A DNA stretch of 64,000 bases. Origin: Candidatus Poribacteria bacterium (GTDB taxonomy: Bacteria > Poribacteria > WGA-4E > JAJDTR01). The stretch covers positions 1,221,345 to 1,285,344 of the forward strand of contig CBDBEE010000003.1 in NCBI GenBank assembly GCA_965204085.1, written 5' to 3'. How positions within the stretch are numbered: position 1 is the first letter of the stretch; the number at the start of each line of letters is the position of its first letter. Below are positions 29,522-41,200 of the stretch, piece after piece. A program made the position numbers and the translations under genes. The notes under the pieces were generated by a model. The model ran no database searches, had not been told where the DNA came from, and worked only from the letters and a program-made list of their open reading frames with translations.

Positions 29522-30322
29522 ATGAAGATTCTGTTTGTTGGAGATATTGTAGGACAGCCGGGGCGAAAAGCTTTGTTGACGCTGCTGCCACGACTGTCGG
29601 AGCGTCACGGGCGTTTTGATTTCGTCTTGGTGAATGGCGAAAACGCCGCGGGGGGCAAAGGGTTAACAAAGGCGATTGTCGACGAACTCTTGGGGGCGGG
29701 AATCCATGCGATTACCACCGGCAATCATGTTTGGGCGCAGCGCGAGATTCTGACATTCATTGACAATCAGCCGGATCTGGTGCGACCGGCTAATTATCCG
29801 AAAAGCGCTCCCGGGCGCGGTTGGACCGTCGTTTCAAATTCATCAGGCACGAGGCTTGGCGTAATGAATATCGCCGGGCAAGTCTATATGGGAGGATTCG
29901 ACAACCCCTTCCAAACGCTTGACGTGATTTTGCCCGAGATACAAGAGCAGGCTGCTTGTCTGTTTCTGGATTTCCACGCGGAGGCGACCGCAGAAAAGAT
30001 AGCGATGGGCTGGCACGCCGATGGGCGAGTGGCGGCTGTGGTTGGGACGCATACGCACGTCCAAACCGCGGATGAACGCGTTCTCCCGGGCGGCACAGCT
30101 TACATCACGGATGTTGGAATGACAGGTCCTCACGACTCCGTAATTGGTACGCGAAAAGAGGATGTACTCCACCATTTCAACACCATGCTTCCGATACGGC
30201 ATCAGGTGGCGAAGAGAGACGTGATACTTTGTGGCGTCGTGATTCAGGTGGATGATGATACGGGCAAGGCGTTGTCAATTGAGCGAATTCGGACGCCGTT
30301 GGAGAATCAAGTTGCCGAATAG
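29522..30322 (+). CDS. ymdB: YmdB/TIGR00282 metallophosphoesterase
   Basis: GDIVG, NGENAAGG, TGNH, DFHAEAT, GTHTHV, TDVGMTG. Confidence 0.93.
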   Translation: MKILFVGDIVGQPGRKALLTLLPRLSERHGRFDFVLVNGENAAGGKGLTKAIVDELLGAGIHAITTGNHVWAQREILTFIDNQPDLVRPANYPKSAPGRGWTVVSNSSGTRLGVMNIAGQVYMGGFDNPFQTLDVILPEIQEQAACLFLDFHAEATAEKIAMGWHADGRVAAVVGTHTHVQTADERVLPGGTAYITDVGMTGPHDSVIGTRKEDVLHHFNTMLPIRHQVAKRDVILCGVVIQVDDDTGKALSIERIRTPLENQVAE

Positions 30323-30468
30323 TGAACCCTGCGCAATACAGTTCCCTCTCCCAATCGTGCCTTTCTGTCGTGACCGAGCGTGGCATCTCTATCGCCTTCG
30401 TCATTTACTCAGTTCATCGTTTTTACAAGAAACAGAGGCAGATGCGCAGTGCACACCTTACAAGAAAT

Positions 30469-30556
30469 GGTGAGCGGACGATTCCTATGGGAACTCTATC
30501 GCAGTCGCTATCCGCTCCCTTGATCACTCACTATCCGTTCGCTTGATCTCACCCTA
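30469..30556 (-). repeat. REP interrupted by a cassette array (30476-30547)
   Basis: Minus strand: tagggtgag | atcaagcgaacggatagtgagt-gatcaagggagcggatagcgactgcgatagagttccc-ataggaatcgtcc | gctcacc. Confidence 0.8.
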
Positions 30557-30584
30557 AAGATGTACAACGTCGAGCTATGGTACA

Positions 30585-31880
30585 ATGATGTTTCCCAACA
30601 GAAAGACATACTCCGTTAGTGAAATCACGGCAATTTTGAGGAATGTCGTCGAGGCGGAACCGCGGTTCCAAGATTGCTGGATCGAGGGCGAAATTTCGGG
30701 GCTTGCACGTCCGGGATCGGGACATATCTATTTCAGACTGAAGGACGACAAGAGCCAGATAAAATGTGCCATCTTTCGGCAAGCCGCTTCGCGGCTGAAA
30801 TTCCCGCTCAAAGATGGAGACGCTGTCCTGTTACATGGAAAGCTTGGAATCTATGATGCACGCAGCGAGTACCAGATTATCGGCGATCGGATGCAGCCTG
30901 CCGGTGTCGGCGCGCTGCAGTTGGCTTTCGAACGGCTCAAAGAGCAACTTGCGGAGGAGGGTTTGTTCGATCCCGAGCACAAGAAGCCGCTACCGATGTT
31001 TCCTCAAAGGATTGGCGTTGTCACGTCGGCGACAGGGGCTGCGCTGCAAGACATCCTCCGGATGCTGAACAAAAGGTATCCGTTGGTGGAAGTGGTGTTG
31101 TGCCCGACGCTGGTGCAGGGGGATGAGGCGGCACCCATGATTGCGCAATCGATTGAACGCTTGAACCGTTTTTCGGATATCGATCTACTAATCGTCGGCA
31201 GGGGCGGAGGGTCAATCGAAGATTTGTGGGCGTTTAACGAGGAGATTGTCGCCCGCGCCATATTTGCCTCGGAGATCCCAATTGTATCCGCTGTCGGGCA
31301 CGAAACGGACTTTACCATTTCCGATTTTGTAGCCGATCAACGCGCCCCAACCCCGTCTGCTGCGGTCGAGTTGATTGTTCCGGATCGAGTTGAGTTGGGT
31401 CGGAAAATTGACGATTCTGAAGTTCGGCTTGAGCGCAGCATCAAGACACATATAGCCTCCGCCCGCACCGAATTATCTAACATTGACAATCGCGTCGTGC
31501 CTAGTCAGCGGATAGACGCCATCAACCGATTCTTTCAGAGGATTGATGGACTCGAGGTTCAGAACCTTCGCGAGGTGAAACGGCGGTTAACGAGTGCACA
31601 GGCTGAGTTAGACCGTTTCACCACGCCTCTCAAGCAACTTGTGGCGCAATGTGTCAAAACCAATATGCAGAAGTGGAATATCGCGTCGGCGCAGTTGGCG
31701 GCATTGAATCCGATTGCTACCTTGGCGCGGGGTTATAGCGTTTGTCAGCGTAAAAACGGAGATGTGATCACCGATGCGTCGCAAACTGCCGATGGCGAAG
31801 CGCTTGACGTTCTGCTTTCGCGCGGCGCGTTGACTTGTGAGGTGCTCGAAAAGAAGACGGAGAGTGTGATAAAACAATGA
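30585..31880 (+). CDS. xseA: Exodeoxyribonuclease VII large subunit
   Basis: SGHIYF.LKD, RGGGSIEDLWAFN, GHETD, PTPSAA. Confidence 0.96.
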   Translation: MMFPNRKTYSVSEITAILRNVVEAEPRFQDCWIEGEISGLARPGSGHIYFRLKDDKSQIKCAIFRQAASRLKFPLKDGDAVLLHGKLGIYDARSEYQIIGDRMQPAGVGALQLAFERLKEQLAEEGLFDPEHKKPLPMFPQRIGVVTSATGAALQDILRMLNKRYPLVEVVLCPTLVQGDEAAPMIAQSIERLNRFSDIDLLIVGRGGGSIEDLWAFNEEIVARAIFASEIPIVSAVGHETDFTISDFVADQRAPTPSAAVELIVPDRVELGRKIDDSEVRLERSIKTHIASARTELSNIDNRVVPSQRIDAINRFFQRIDGLEVQNLREVKRRLTSAQAELDRFTTPLKQLVAQCVKTNMQKWNIASAQLAALNPIATLARGYSVCQRKNGDVITDASQTADGEALDVLLSRGALTCEVLEKKTESVIKQ

Positions 31881-32022
31881 CCGTATTACGGAAAAATTCG
31901 GCAGTCGTCAAATCATTGATCGCCGTTTCTTTTCGTTCTTCCATTCTTCCCACCGTCCGTTCGATAGAATGGATTGCTTCAGAAGATGCGCTTGTGTCAA
32001 AAGATGCTAAAAAGGAAAACGT

Positions 32023-32316
32023 ATGTCCGAAGAATTGACATTTGAAGAGACTCTAAAACAGCTTGAAGACGTGGTCGATCGGCTCGAACGCGGGGATTCG
32101 TTGACGTTGGATGAATCTCTGGCGGCGTTTGAGGAGGGCGTTCGATTGACGCGCTTGTGCCGCAAGACGCTTGAGGAAGCGGAGTTGCGAGTGCGGCGAT
32201 TGGCCGAGGATAAGGAGGGTGAACCCGATTCACCACCTAATGGAGCTGGAGGCGAAACTCCTCAAGCCACGGAATCCGATGCTGCATCGGAAACGGAGGA
32301 TGACATCCCTTTTTAA
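32023..32316 (+). CDS. xseB: Exodeoxyribonuclease VII small subunit
   Basis: TFEETL..LE..V..LE, LDESL..FEEG. Confidence 0.92.
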   Translation: MSEELTFEETLKQLEDVVDRLERGDSLTLDESLAAFEEGVRLTRLCRKTLEEAELRVRRLAEDKEGEPDSPPNGAGGETPQATESDAASETEDDIPF

Positions 32317-32436
32317 GCGAGATTGTCAATCTTTGAAACCGAGTGTTTTCTTCGAAACTCGGTTTCTCAAATAAATTACAACCTACGACTTGGTTTATAA
32401 TCTGACGGTGGCCTCAACTCGTCATGGAGTCTGTTA

Positions 32437-34293
32437 ATGATACTCGAAAAAATCGACAGTCCCGCAAATCTGAAATCTTTAAGTCTCGCAGAGCTAAAAA
32501 CCTTGGCACAGGAGATTCGCGAATATATGCTCACGGTGCTGTCCGAGCACCCGGGACATTTTGCGCCAAACTTTGGAACGATTGAGCTCGCCATCGCGCT
32601 GCATCACGTTTTTGACACGCCGCGCGATCGGGTCATCTGGGACATCGGACACCAAGCGTATCCCCACAAGCTGTTGACCGGAAGGCGCGATCAGTTCCCG
32701 ACGGTGCGCGAATTCGGGGGCATCAGCGGTTTTTTGAGTCGTGAAGAGAGCGAATACGACGTATTCGGCGCGGGGCATTCGAGCACCTCACTCGCCGCCG
32801 CGCTAGGCATAGCCACCGCGCGGGATATTAACAAGGAGAATTACAAAGTTGTCGCCGTGATTGGCGATGGCGGACTTACGGGAGGCATGGCGTTCGAGGC
32901 GCTGAATGCCGCCGGAGATTTTCGTACCGACATGATCGTGGTGCTCAACGATAACCAGATGTCGATATCCGCGACTGTCGGGGCGTTCTCGAAATACTTC
33001 AATCGTCTCACGAGCAACAAGGCGTACAATGTGCTGAGATCGGGAGCGAAAGAGTTCATGGACTTTATCTCGCCCGATGCCAAACACGTTGCTCGGAAGA
33101 TAGAAGCCGCGCTCAAGCCGGGCACGCTGTTCGAGGCGTTCGGTTTTCGGTATTTCGGGCCCTTAGATGGCAACGACCTTGAAGCCGTGTTGCCGGTGCT
33201 CGAAGGCGTAAAGGCATTGCAAGGACCGATTCTCGTGCATGTCAGCACCCGGAAAGGGAAGGGGTACGCCCCCGCCGAGACGGACCCCGTTGGATTTTAT
33301 AGCCTCAGCGGCAAACTCGATGTTCAGACCGGCAAGTTCCTCGCCGCAAAATCTTCCGTGCCCAAATATACCGATGTGTTCAGTCAAACGTTAATCAAAC
33401 TGGCAAAGGTCGACTCCCGAATTGTGGGTGTGACCGCCGCAATGCCCAGCGGCACCGGTCTGGACAAGTTCCAAGAGGCGTGCCCCAAACGGTTTTTCGA
33501 TGTGGGTCTGGCTGAACAGTGCGCCGTCACCTTCGCCGCCGGGCTAGCGACTCAGGGAATCAAGCCGGTTGTCGCCATTTATTCCACCTTCTTGCAACGC
33601 GCCTACGATCAGGTGATTCACGATGTTTGCATCCAAAATTTACCTGTGACGTTCGTGTTGGACCGCGCCGGACTTGTCGGTGCCGACGGCCCCACCCATC
33701 ACGGCGTATTCGACTACGCCTATTTGCGCTCGCTGCCGAATATGGTGGCGATGGCGCCCAAAGATGAAGATGAACTGCAACACATGGTACGGACTGCCGT
33801 TGAGTACGAGGACGGACCAATCGCCTTCCGCTATCCCCGCGGGTCAGGGATTGGTGTTCCCATGCAGAAAGAACCACAGGCACTGCCTATCGGCAAAGGA
33901 GAGGTACTTCGGGAGGGCAACGATTTGCTAATTGTCGCAATTGGGAATCGCGTATATCCCGCAGTCGAAGCCGCGCACGTGTTGGCGGATTCAGGAGTCT
34001 CGACTGCTGTTGTCAATGCGCGTTTCGTCAAACCGCTGGACGAGGAATTGATAGTGACGTTGGCGGAAAGAATCGGTCGGGTTATTACGATTGAGGATGG
34101 CGTGCTGATGGGCGGCTTTGGAAGCGCCGTGTTGGAGGCGCTCGCACATCGGGGAATTCAGGATGTTCAAGTCAAGCGTCTCGGTATCCCGGATCAGTTC
34201 ATTGAACACGGCGATGTGAAGACGCTGTACAATCTCTGCGGTTGCGACGAAGAGGCGATTGTTCGCGAAGGACTGGCGCTTGTAAACGGGTAA
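32437..34293 (+). CDS. dxs: 1-deoxy-D-xylulose-5-phosphate synthase
   Basis: WDIGHQAYPHK, GDGGLTGG, YSTFLQR, DRAGLVGADGPTH. Confidence 0.97.
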   Translation: MILEKIDSPANLKSLSLAELKTLAQEIREYMLTVLSEHPGHFAPNFGTIELAIALHHVFDTPRDRVIWDIGHQAYPHKLLTGRRDQFPTVREFGGISGFLSREESEYDVFGAGHSSTSLAAALGIATARDINKENYKVVAVIGDGGLTGGMAFEALNAAGDFRTDMIVVLNDNQMSISATVGAFSKYFNRLTSNKAYNVLRSGAKEFMDFISPDAKHVARKIEAALKPGTLFEAFGFRYFGPLDGNDLEAVLPVLEGVKALQGPILVHVSTRKGKGYAPAETDPVGFYSLSGKLDVQTGKFLAAKSSVPKYTDVFSQTLIKLAKVDSRIVGVTAAMPSGTGLDKFQEACPKRFFDVGLAEQCAVTFAAGLATQGIKPVVAIYSTFLQRAYDQVIHDVCIQNLPVTFVLDRAGLVGADGPTHHGVFDYAYLRSLPNMVAMAPKDEDELQHMVRTAVEYEDGPIAFRYPRGSGIGVPMQKEPQALPIGKGEVLREGNDLLIVAIGNRVYPAVEAAHVLADSGVSTAVVNARFVKPLDEELIVTLAERIGRVITIEDGVLMGGFGSAVLEALAHRGIQDVQVKRLGIPDQFIEHGDVKTLYNLCGCDEEAIVREGLALVNG

Positions 34294-34380
34294 TCAGATG
34301 AAGTGATGGGTTTCATTTGATATTCGATTCTTTCGCGCGGAATGAAACGTCGAACGCCCCCGTTCCGCATGTGACTTCTT

Positions 34381-35223
34381 ATGGATTTCCGTTCAGCCCA
34401 ACCCACAACCCACAATCCAAACAAGCAGCGTCTTGATACACTTCTCGCGGATCGGGAGCTGGTTGATAGTCGGGAACAGGCGAAGCGGCTTATTCTTGCC
34501 GGTGAAGTACTCGTAAACGGCGAACCGTATTCCAAACCGGGACAGAGCGTTTCTGTAAACGCGAACATAGAAATAAAACAACCGTTGCGATATGTGAGCC
34601 GTGGCGGGCTGAAGCTGGAGAAAGCGATCCAGGTTTTTGATATCGACGTTTTGGGAAAAACCGCGCTTGATGTCGGGGCATCAACCGGTGGATTCACGGA
34701 CTGCCTCCTCCAACACGGAGCACGGTATGTTTATGCGGTGGATGTGGGCTACGGTCAATTGGCGTGGAAACTGCGCCAAGATTCGAGGGTGCGAGTTATC
34801 GAGCGCACTAACGCCCGATCGATGGATCGAACGTCCTTCGATGTTCCAATAGAGATTTGCGCTATCGACGTTTCGTTTATTTCGCTTCGCACCGTCTTGC
34901 CCGCGGTGACGAAATGCATCGAATCAGGAAGCAACCTCATTCTCTTGATTAAGCCGCAGTTTGAGGCAGGCAAAAAATACGTCAATAAGGGCGGCGTCGT
35001 TCGCGATCCACGGATTCACATCAACGTAATCGGAACCCTCATTCTATTTGTCCAAGAGACGGCGATGTCCGTCTTGGGTATCACGTATTCTCCTATCCGG
35101 GGCCCCGCGGGCAATATCGAATATCTCCTGTGGATAAACGAAAATCGGAATAGGGCAACGTCCTTCGCGCTTGACCGCGTCGAGCAAGTCGTGGACCAAG
35201 CACATCGCGAACTTGCCCAGTGA
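34381..35223 (+). CDS. tlyA: TlyA-family rRNA methyltransferase
   Basis: S4 domain, YVSRGGLKL, DVGASTGGFTD, DVSFIS, KPQFE. Confidence 0.95.
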   Translation: MDFRSAQPTTHNPNKQRLDTLLADRELVDSREQAKRLILAGEVLVNGEPYSKPGQSVSVNANIEIKQPLRYVSRGGLKLEKAIQVFDIDVLGKTALDVGASTGGFTDCLLQHGARYVYAVDVGYGQLAWKLRQDSRVRVIERTNARSMDRTSFDVPIEICAIDVSFISLRTVLPAVTKCIESGSNLILLIKPQFEAGKKYVNKGGVVRDPRIHINVIGTLILFVQETAMSVLGITYSPIRGPAGNIEYLLWINENRNRATSFALDRVEQVVDQAHRELAQ

Positions 35224-35293
35224 ACGGTTGGCTGTACCGAGTGACAAGTAATGGTTTATTCTCTTGCTGGTCACCCCACACTCCTTAATATCA

Positions 35294-38200
35294 ATGAACC
35301 GGCGACAGATCGTTATAACACTTCTCATAGCATTTCCTATCTGCCTTATCCTAGGCGCCTTTCTGTTCCTACGCTCTACCTATCTCCTTGAAAAAATCCA
35401 CGCTACCCTCGAAATGCGGCTCGGGCAGCGATTAGAGCAGCCACTTTTATTTTCTGTGGCGTATGCGGATTCGCACGCCATTATGTTGGATAATGGGCGG
35501 CTACCGGAGACGTTGCGAACCGCATTTGCCGACAACGGAATTGAATTTTCGCCCTCCGTCTCCGTCCTCCCGCTAGACCGATCAGGGGAGTGGGTTGTCT
35601 CCGACAAAAACCACAAATGGCGGTACGTCGTATTGCGCGAAGGCAACGGGACGGGAAATTGGCAATTTAATGATCGACGTTTTTTTAACGTCTTCAAATA
35701 CGTTGTCAGCATTGGCGACCTATCCGGGGACATCTTCACGGGATTGAGCCTCAAGCAGTTTGAAATCGCGGACGGGCATCATCAACATCAGCCGCTCATT
35801 TCGGCAGAAGAGATTGTGTTAAAATACGATCTCTTGCGGCTGATAGGTGGGAAATTCCACATCACCAAGTTGCGTTTCATGCGGCCCCGGTTCAACCTAC
35901 GTACGCGGGAAGATGGACGGCTCAACCTAACTTCGATTGTGCCGGAAACCGATTCCACGTCGGATTCCAGCGTCCCGTTCCAATTCGGAATCGCCAATGT
36001 CGAGATTGTCGATGGAGATGTGAACTATGAGGACGGCGAACGTAATCTGAAGGTTGCCGTCAACGGCATTCAAAGCTTGGTCAAAGGACCGCTTGATCGG
36101 TGGGAACATAGCGGGCCGCTGGCTATACAGGATGGGAGTTTCGAGCTCAATGACGCGGAGACGAAGATTCACGAGTTCAAAACGCAGTTCAAGCTGCTAG
36201 CGGGCGAAGGCGAGTTGAAAGAGATGCATCTGGCGATGGGGAATTCGCGCGCGGCGATTTCCGGCAAAGTCCGCGGTTTTACGGAGGCGTCGCGCTACCT
36301 GGAGAGCCGAATTGATCTGAATCTTGATTTGGGTGACATCCAGAATCTCCTGCCCGACGAATTCAAGGTCGCCGGGAATGCGCGAATTATCGTTGAAGCG
36401 AAGGGGGCATCATCGGATATCAGCGGCAACCTAGGTTTAGGGTTGAGTTCGGCGACTTTCAACGACTTTCACCTCGAGGAGCTCCACGTTGATGCCGAGT
36501 TCAACCGAGACGCGCTGAAGTTGACCGATGTGAACGGGAGGCTCGCGTCTGGGGTACTCACCGCGGGTTTGGAAGCAAGTTTCGGCAGCTTCGGAGATAG
36601 TCTTTTCTCTTTAATTTCCAGTGCCGAGCAATCGCCTCAGAACACCACGGAGCAGACAGCTTCGTCCGAAGAGGGCTCAGAATCGCGGATTGACTATGAC
36701 GGATGGGTCAGGCTTGCGGGTGCCAACGTCGAGGAAATCCTTCCGGTGTTCATTGACATTCCCGAAGACTTTCTCACCATGACCGGGATCCTGGACAGCC
36801 AGCTCAAGATTAGCGGCTCGTTGCCGATAACCCAAGAGGTATCGGGGCAAAGTGGGGAGCGTCCGAAATTGGCGATTGGCGACACGTTAACGCTCACGGG
36901 CGGGTTGAAAATCGACGCCGCCGCCATGAATGACGAGCGCATTCTTGCTTCGGAAGCCAGTATTAAGATAGCCGAGAACCATCTTCAGGTTGACGCCAAT
37001 CTCGACGACGCAAGAATCCGGGTCGCTGGCGCAGCCGGACTGGATGGGGCGCTAGATCTCGATTTGGAGATACGGCGCATCGACACCGGCAAACTCATGA
37101 AAATCATACGCGCACCGGATCTCAGCGGCGACGCGACGCTCCGCGGGAAGATTACATCGGATGTTCCGCTAACCGGATTTCTGGAAATCCCCGAAGCCAG
37201 TCTTTTCGAAGTGCCAATCGGCTTGTTGACGGCGGACTTCTATTATAAGAACGGCAATGTAACCCTTCAGCCGGTCCGCCTCTCAAAAGGGGAGAGCCTA
37301 TTGACACTGAACGGCGTGGCTCAAGTCGAGGGCGATATCCCGGTCGAGTTCCGCGTCCGCGCCCATCCCTTTCAGATTTCGGATTATGTGCGGCTGTTGG
37401 CGGGCGCCGAGTATCCCGTCGAGGGCATTGTCACCGGGGATCTGGCACTTGACGGAACGCTAAACGGACTTGACGGGCGCGGCAGGCTCAACGTCGCGAG
37501 TGCGAAAGCCTGGGATTTGGCGCTCGACCCGTTAATCCTTCCGTTAGTCATAGAGGATTACTCCTTGCATGTATCCGACTTCGAGGTGTTTGCACGAGAA
37601 CAGCGCGGGGTCATCAACTTCCAAATCACGCCGGAGCTAAACTATCAACTTCAGTTTCAGAGCGATCCGATGCGATTGAAGGAGCTCGCGATCGCCCGCG
37701 CTATACCGGATTTTCTGTTGGACGCCGACCTCGTCGTGAACGCGACCGGTGAGGGGAATGCCGCCGATCCACGGGTCGATGTCATTTTCGATTTTTCCGA
37801 CATCACCTACGACGGTCACGTCATAGTTCCCGGAAGAAATGGCATTCGTAATTCCCCGGAGATTCGAATCAGCGGTGTGTTCACTGAAAACGCGCTCCGC
37901 TTCGAGGGCACGGGTTTTGACGGCAGCAGCCAGATACGCGGCATCATAGAGTCGACCGTCGGCAACCCGTATCAGCTCTTTATGCGGAGCAACGGCATAA
38001 ACGTCAGTCCGATACTCGGCGTATTTCACGACTCCTTCAAAGAGCTACCGGCGACGGCTAACGGCACGCTTGAAGTTAGCGGCACATTGGTGGATTTGAC
38101 ACAGTTCACGCTGAATACGGCACTCACCACTCTTGAGATGGAAGCCAACGGCAGGCGGTTGACAAACGCGGCGCCAATCCGATTCGGTTTTATCGACAAT

Positions 38201-41200
38201 ATTTGGCGAGTCGATTCATTTTCGCTTGCAAATTTGAAGGGAAGAGCCATTGGCACTCCGTTTGTGAACCTCCGCTTGACGCTGGACGATCAGTCGATCG
38301 ATTTTGTTGCCGAATCCCGAGATTTCCAGCTTGAACCCTTGTGCGGCGTGTTGGACCTCCCCGCGACTCTATCCGGAAGCGCCAGCTACAAACTCACCGG
38401 CAGCGGAAGTCTTGCAAATCCGAAACTGGCGCTTGAATGGGCGATTCCCGAACTCCGCGTTGAAAACGTCCCGGTTCCCATCGTCGTAAGCGAGGCGTCG
38501 GGCAGTGTTGGCTACACCGACCACACCTTGACAGTCGAACCTTTCGACCTTCTCTTGACGGGGTTTCCCGTGCACGTCGAAGGCACTGCCGCCGTAGATA
38601 TCAATGACCTTCAATCCTCGACTCTGAACCTCCGAACATCCATCCCGGATTTTGATCTTGGGACGATAGAATCAGGGCAATTTTTCAAGGGAAAGGACGA
38701 TCGGCAATTTCCGATTGAGTTGTCTACGGAGGGACGCCTAGACATCGACGCATCTCTCACCGGAACGTTAGGCCATCCGAAGATTGACGCATCAATCGAC
38801 GTAACCGGCGCCAAAACGCAGGTTCTCAATTATCCTCAACCACTTGAAAACATCGACCTTGGTCTGCGGGTGGTTGGCGGAAACGGGACTTCCGACGACC
38901 TGCTGAAGGTTACCCTGACCGCCGCCGTATGGAACATTGGAGAGGGACGCTATCAAGCGAGGGGGAGTTGGCAACTTCCCAAGACGAAGGCGCAAATTAC
39001 GCTCATAGATGTCCTCCCGTCACTCGCCGAACTCAATCCGTTATTTCAACTACAGCTGGATGGCGAGGGCACCAATCTGACCGATTTTGCAAGTCACTTC
39101 ACCAGCAAGAGTGGCAATCGCGGAATTTCCGAGTATCTGTTCTCCGACAAGATTACCCAAGCGACGGTCGATTCGCGGCTTGAATTCAAGGGCGACGGAT
39201 ATAGCCTTGATCGGATTTCGGCGCAACTGACGCTCAATAATTTACACGTAGATTTTAACCAGAACGACATGCTATCCGTCGAACCGATTCGCGCTGAATT
39301 AGCCGACGGCACATTCCGGCTAAACTCGTTCCAAATCGGGTCTCCTAGCAGAATGGAGCATGGTAAAGGAGGAGGGCACGACGATTCGATGGCCACCAAT
39401 CAATCCGACAGTCATCCATCTCGAAACATAATCAAGTGGGCGGACGCGCGCGGCTGGATCAACTTGGATGGGGATTTGGGGATCGATGTCGAACTCGCGG
39501 GTTTTCCGTTCGGCGCACTGCTGCCCGGGATGACGGTGCCACTGTTCAACAGCACCGTCGGGGTAGAAGCGAGTTTGACCGGAGTGGCTCGTGTAAGCGG
39601 GAATGTTGCTAATCCCGTCATTACAGCAGAGTGGGAGGCACAGGGCAGCATCGGCGACCAACTCACGTCGCATTTCCTGCAGTTCGCGGATACCGGACAG
39701 GTGGAGTATCGCGATCAGGTATTCGAGATAAAGCAGACCGAATTGAGCGGATACGGCAACCATTTGACAATACAGGGCACCATACCGATTGATTTACGGC
39801 TTCAACCGCACAAATTGAAAGACCGCTTCCTTGATCAGCCGGTTCATCTCGAAATACGGAGTCAAGAAGCTGATCTCAGTTTTTTCTCCCAGTTTCAGCC
39901 GCAACTCGAAGCCGTCGGCGGAATAGCCGATGTGAACCTCAAGATACAGGGCACAACCGCAGCACCGTATTTGTACGGAACGGCATCTCTCCACGACGGG
40001 ATGGTCAAATTCACCAACTTCGACACGCCGATCTCAAACACACGGATAAGCCTGCGAGCGGATGGCGAAGAACTTCTCGTACCGGAATTTCGCTTTGAAA
40101 TCGGCGAAGGGAGGTATGCGCTGGACGTTTATTTCGACATGAACGGACTGCTCCCCCGGAACTTGGAGATTCGCAGTTTTCACGCCCAACAAGCACAACT
40201 GTCCGACTTCGCCCGTAACCTTCTGCCGGCAACGATGGGAGCGAATCTTGCCGGGCATGTCACGGCGGAAGCACATTTAACTCTTCCGACCGATCGTTTT
40301 ATCACGGCTGGGGATGCGCCATGGCTGCCCAAGATTATTTTACCGTTAACACCGTACAATTTGGCTAGCCACGCGACGGGCGAGCTGAAGGTTGAAGAAG
40401 TTTTCATCAACACTCTTGACTATGAGGTGCAAAACCTCGGTCCTATCAGGTGTCAGTTGGGCTCCGGACAGATTAATCTTGCGGATGGGTTCATGTTGCA
40501 GGACCAACGCGATGACATCGGAGAGGCGAAGCGGTTCACATTGGTAGTGGAAAGCGGTCAGTGGTCGGTGCCCGGGAAAGCAGCTGCCAGTACAGGAGAG
40601 ACGGTAGTTGGTGGACAAGAATCGATGTCTAGCGAGATAGGATCGGTGGTCAGTGGTCGCTACGTTCTCGACATGCGTACGAGCAACCTCAATCTTGGCT
40701 TTGTCTCCAATTTTCTTCCGAAAGGATATGCCGTTGACGGACTGCTCAATTCAGAATTGAGCGTGCGAGGCACGGGCGAAAACCCCGAACTTACTTTCCG
40801 GTGGGACACCTCCAACCTGTCAATCAACCGTGCCCATGTAGATGAGTGCAGCGGCAGGGCTGCTTACCGGAACGGGAAACTGTACACCGAGAAGCCGGCG
40901 CGTCTTGTCATCGGTTCCAATCGCGCGGACTTCTCCGGATCGATACCATTTGACGTGTCTCTCGATAGGCTGCACGCGAATCTGCCATCTCCGAACGTAT
41001 CCGGGAAAGCCGACGCCATTGAAGGGAGATTGGATGTCTTCATTGAAAATTTGGAGTTTCTACCTCTTATCCAGTCGCAAATCGGGTTCGCTAAAGGAAC
41101 GGGAAGCGTTAATGTGACCATTGGCGGAGGGATTGACGCACCCAAGCTAAAAGGCGTAGCCAACTTTGCTGACTTGGCATTCAATATCACGGAAGCGAAT

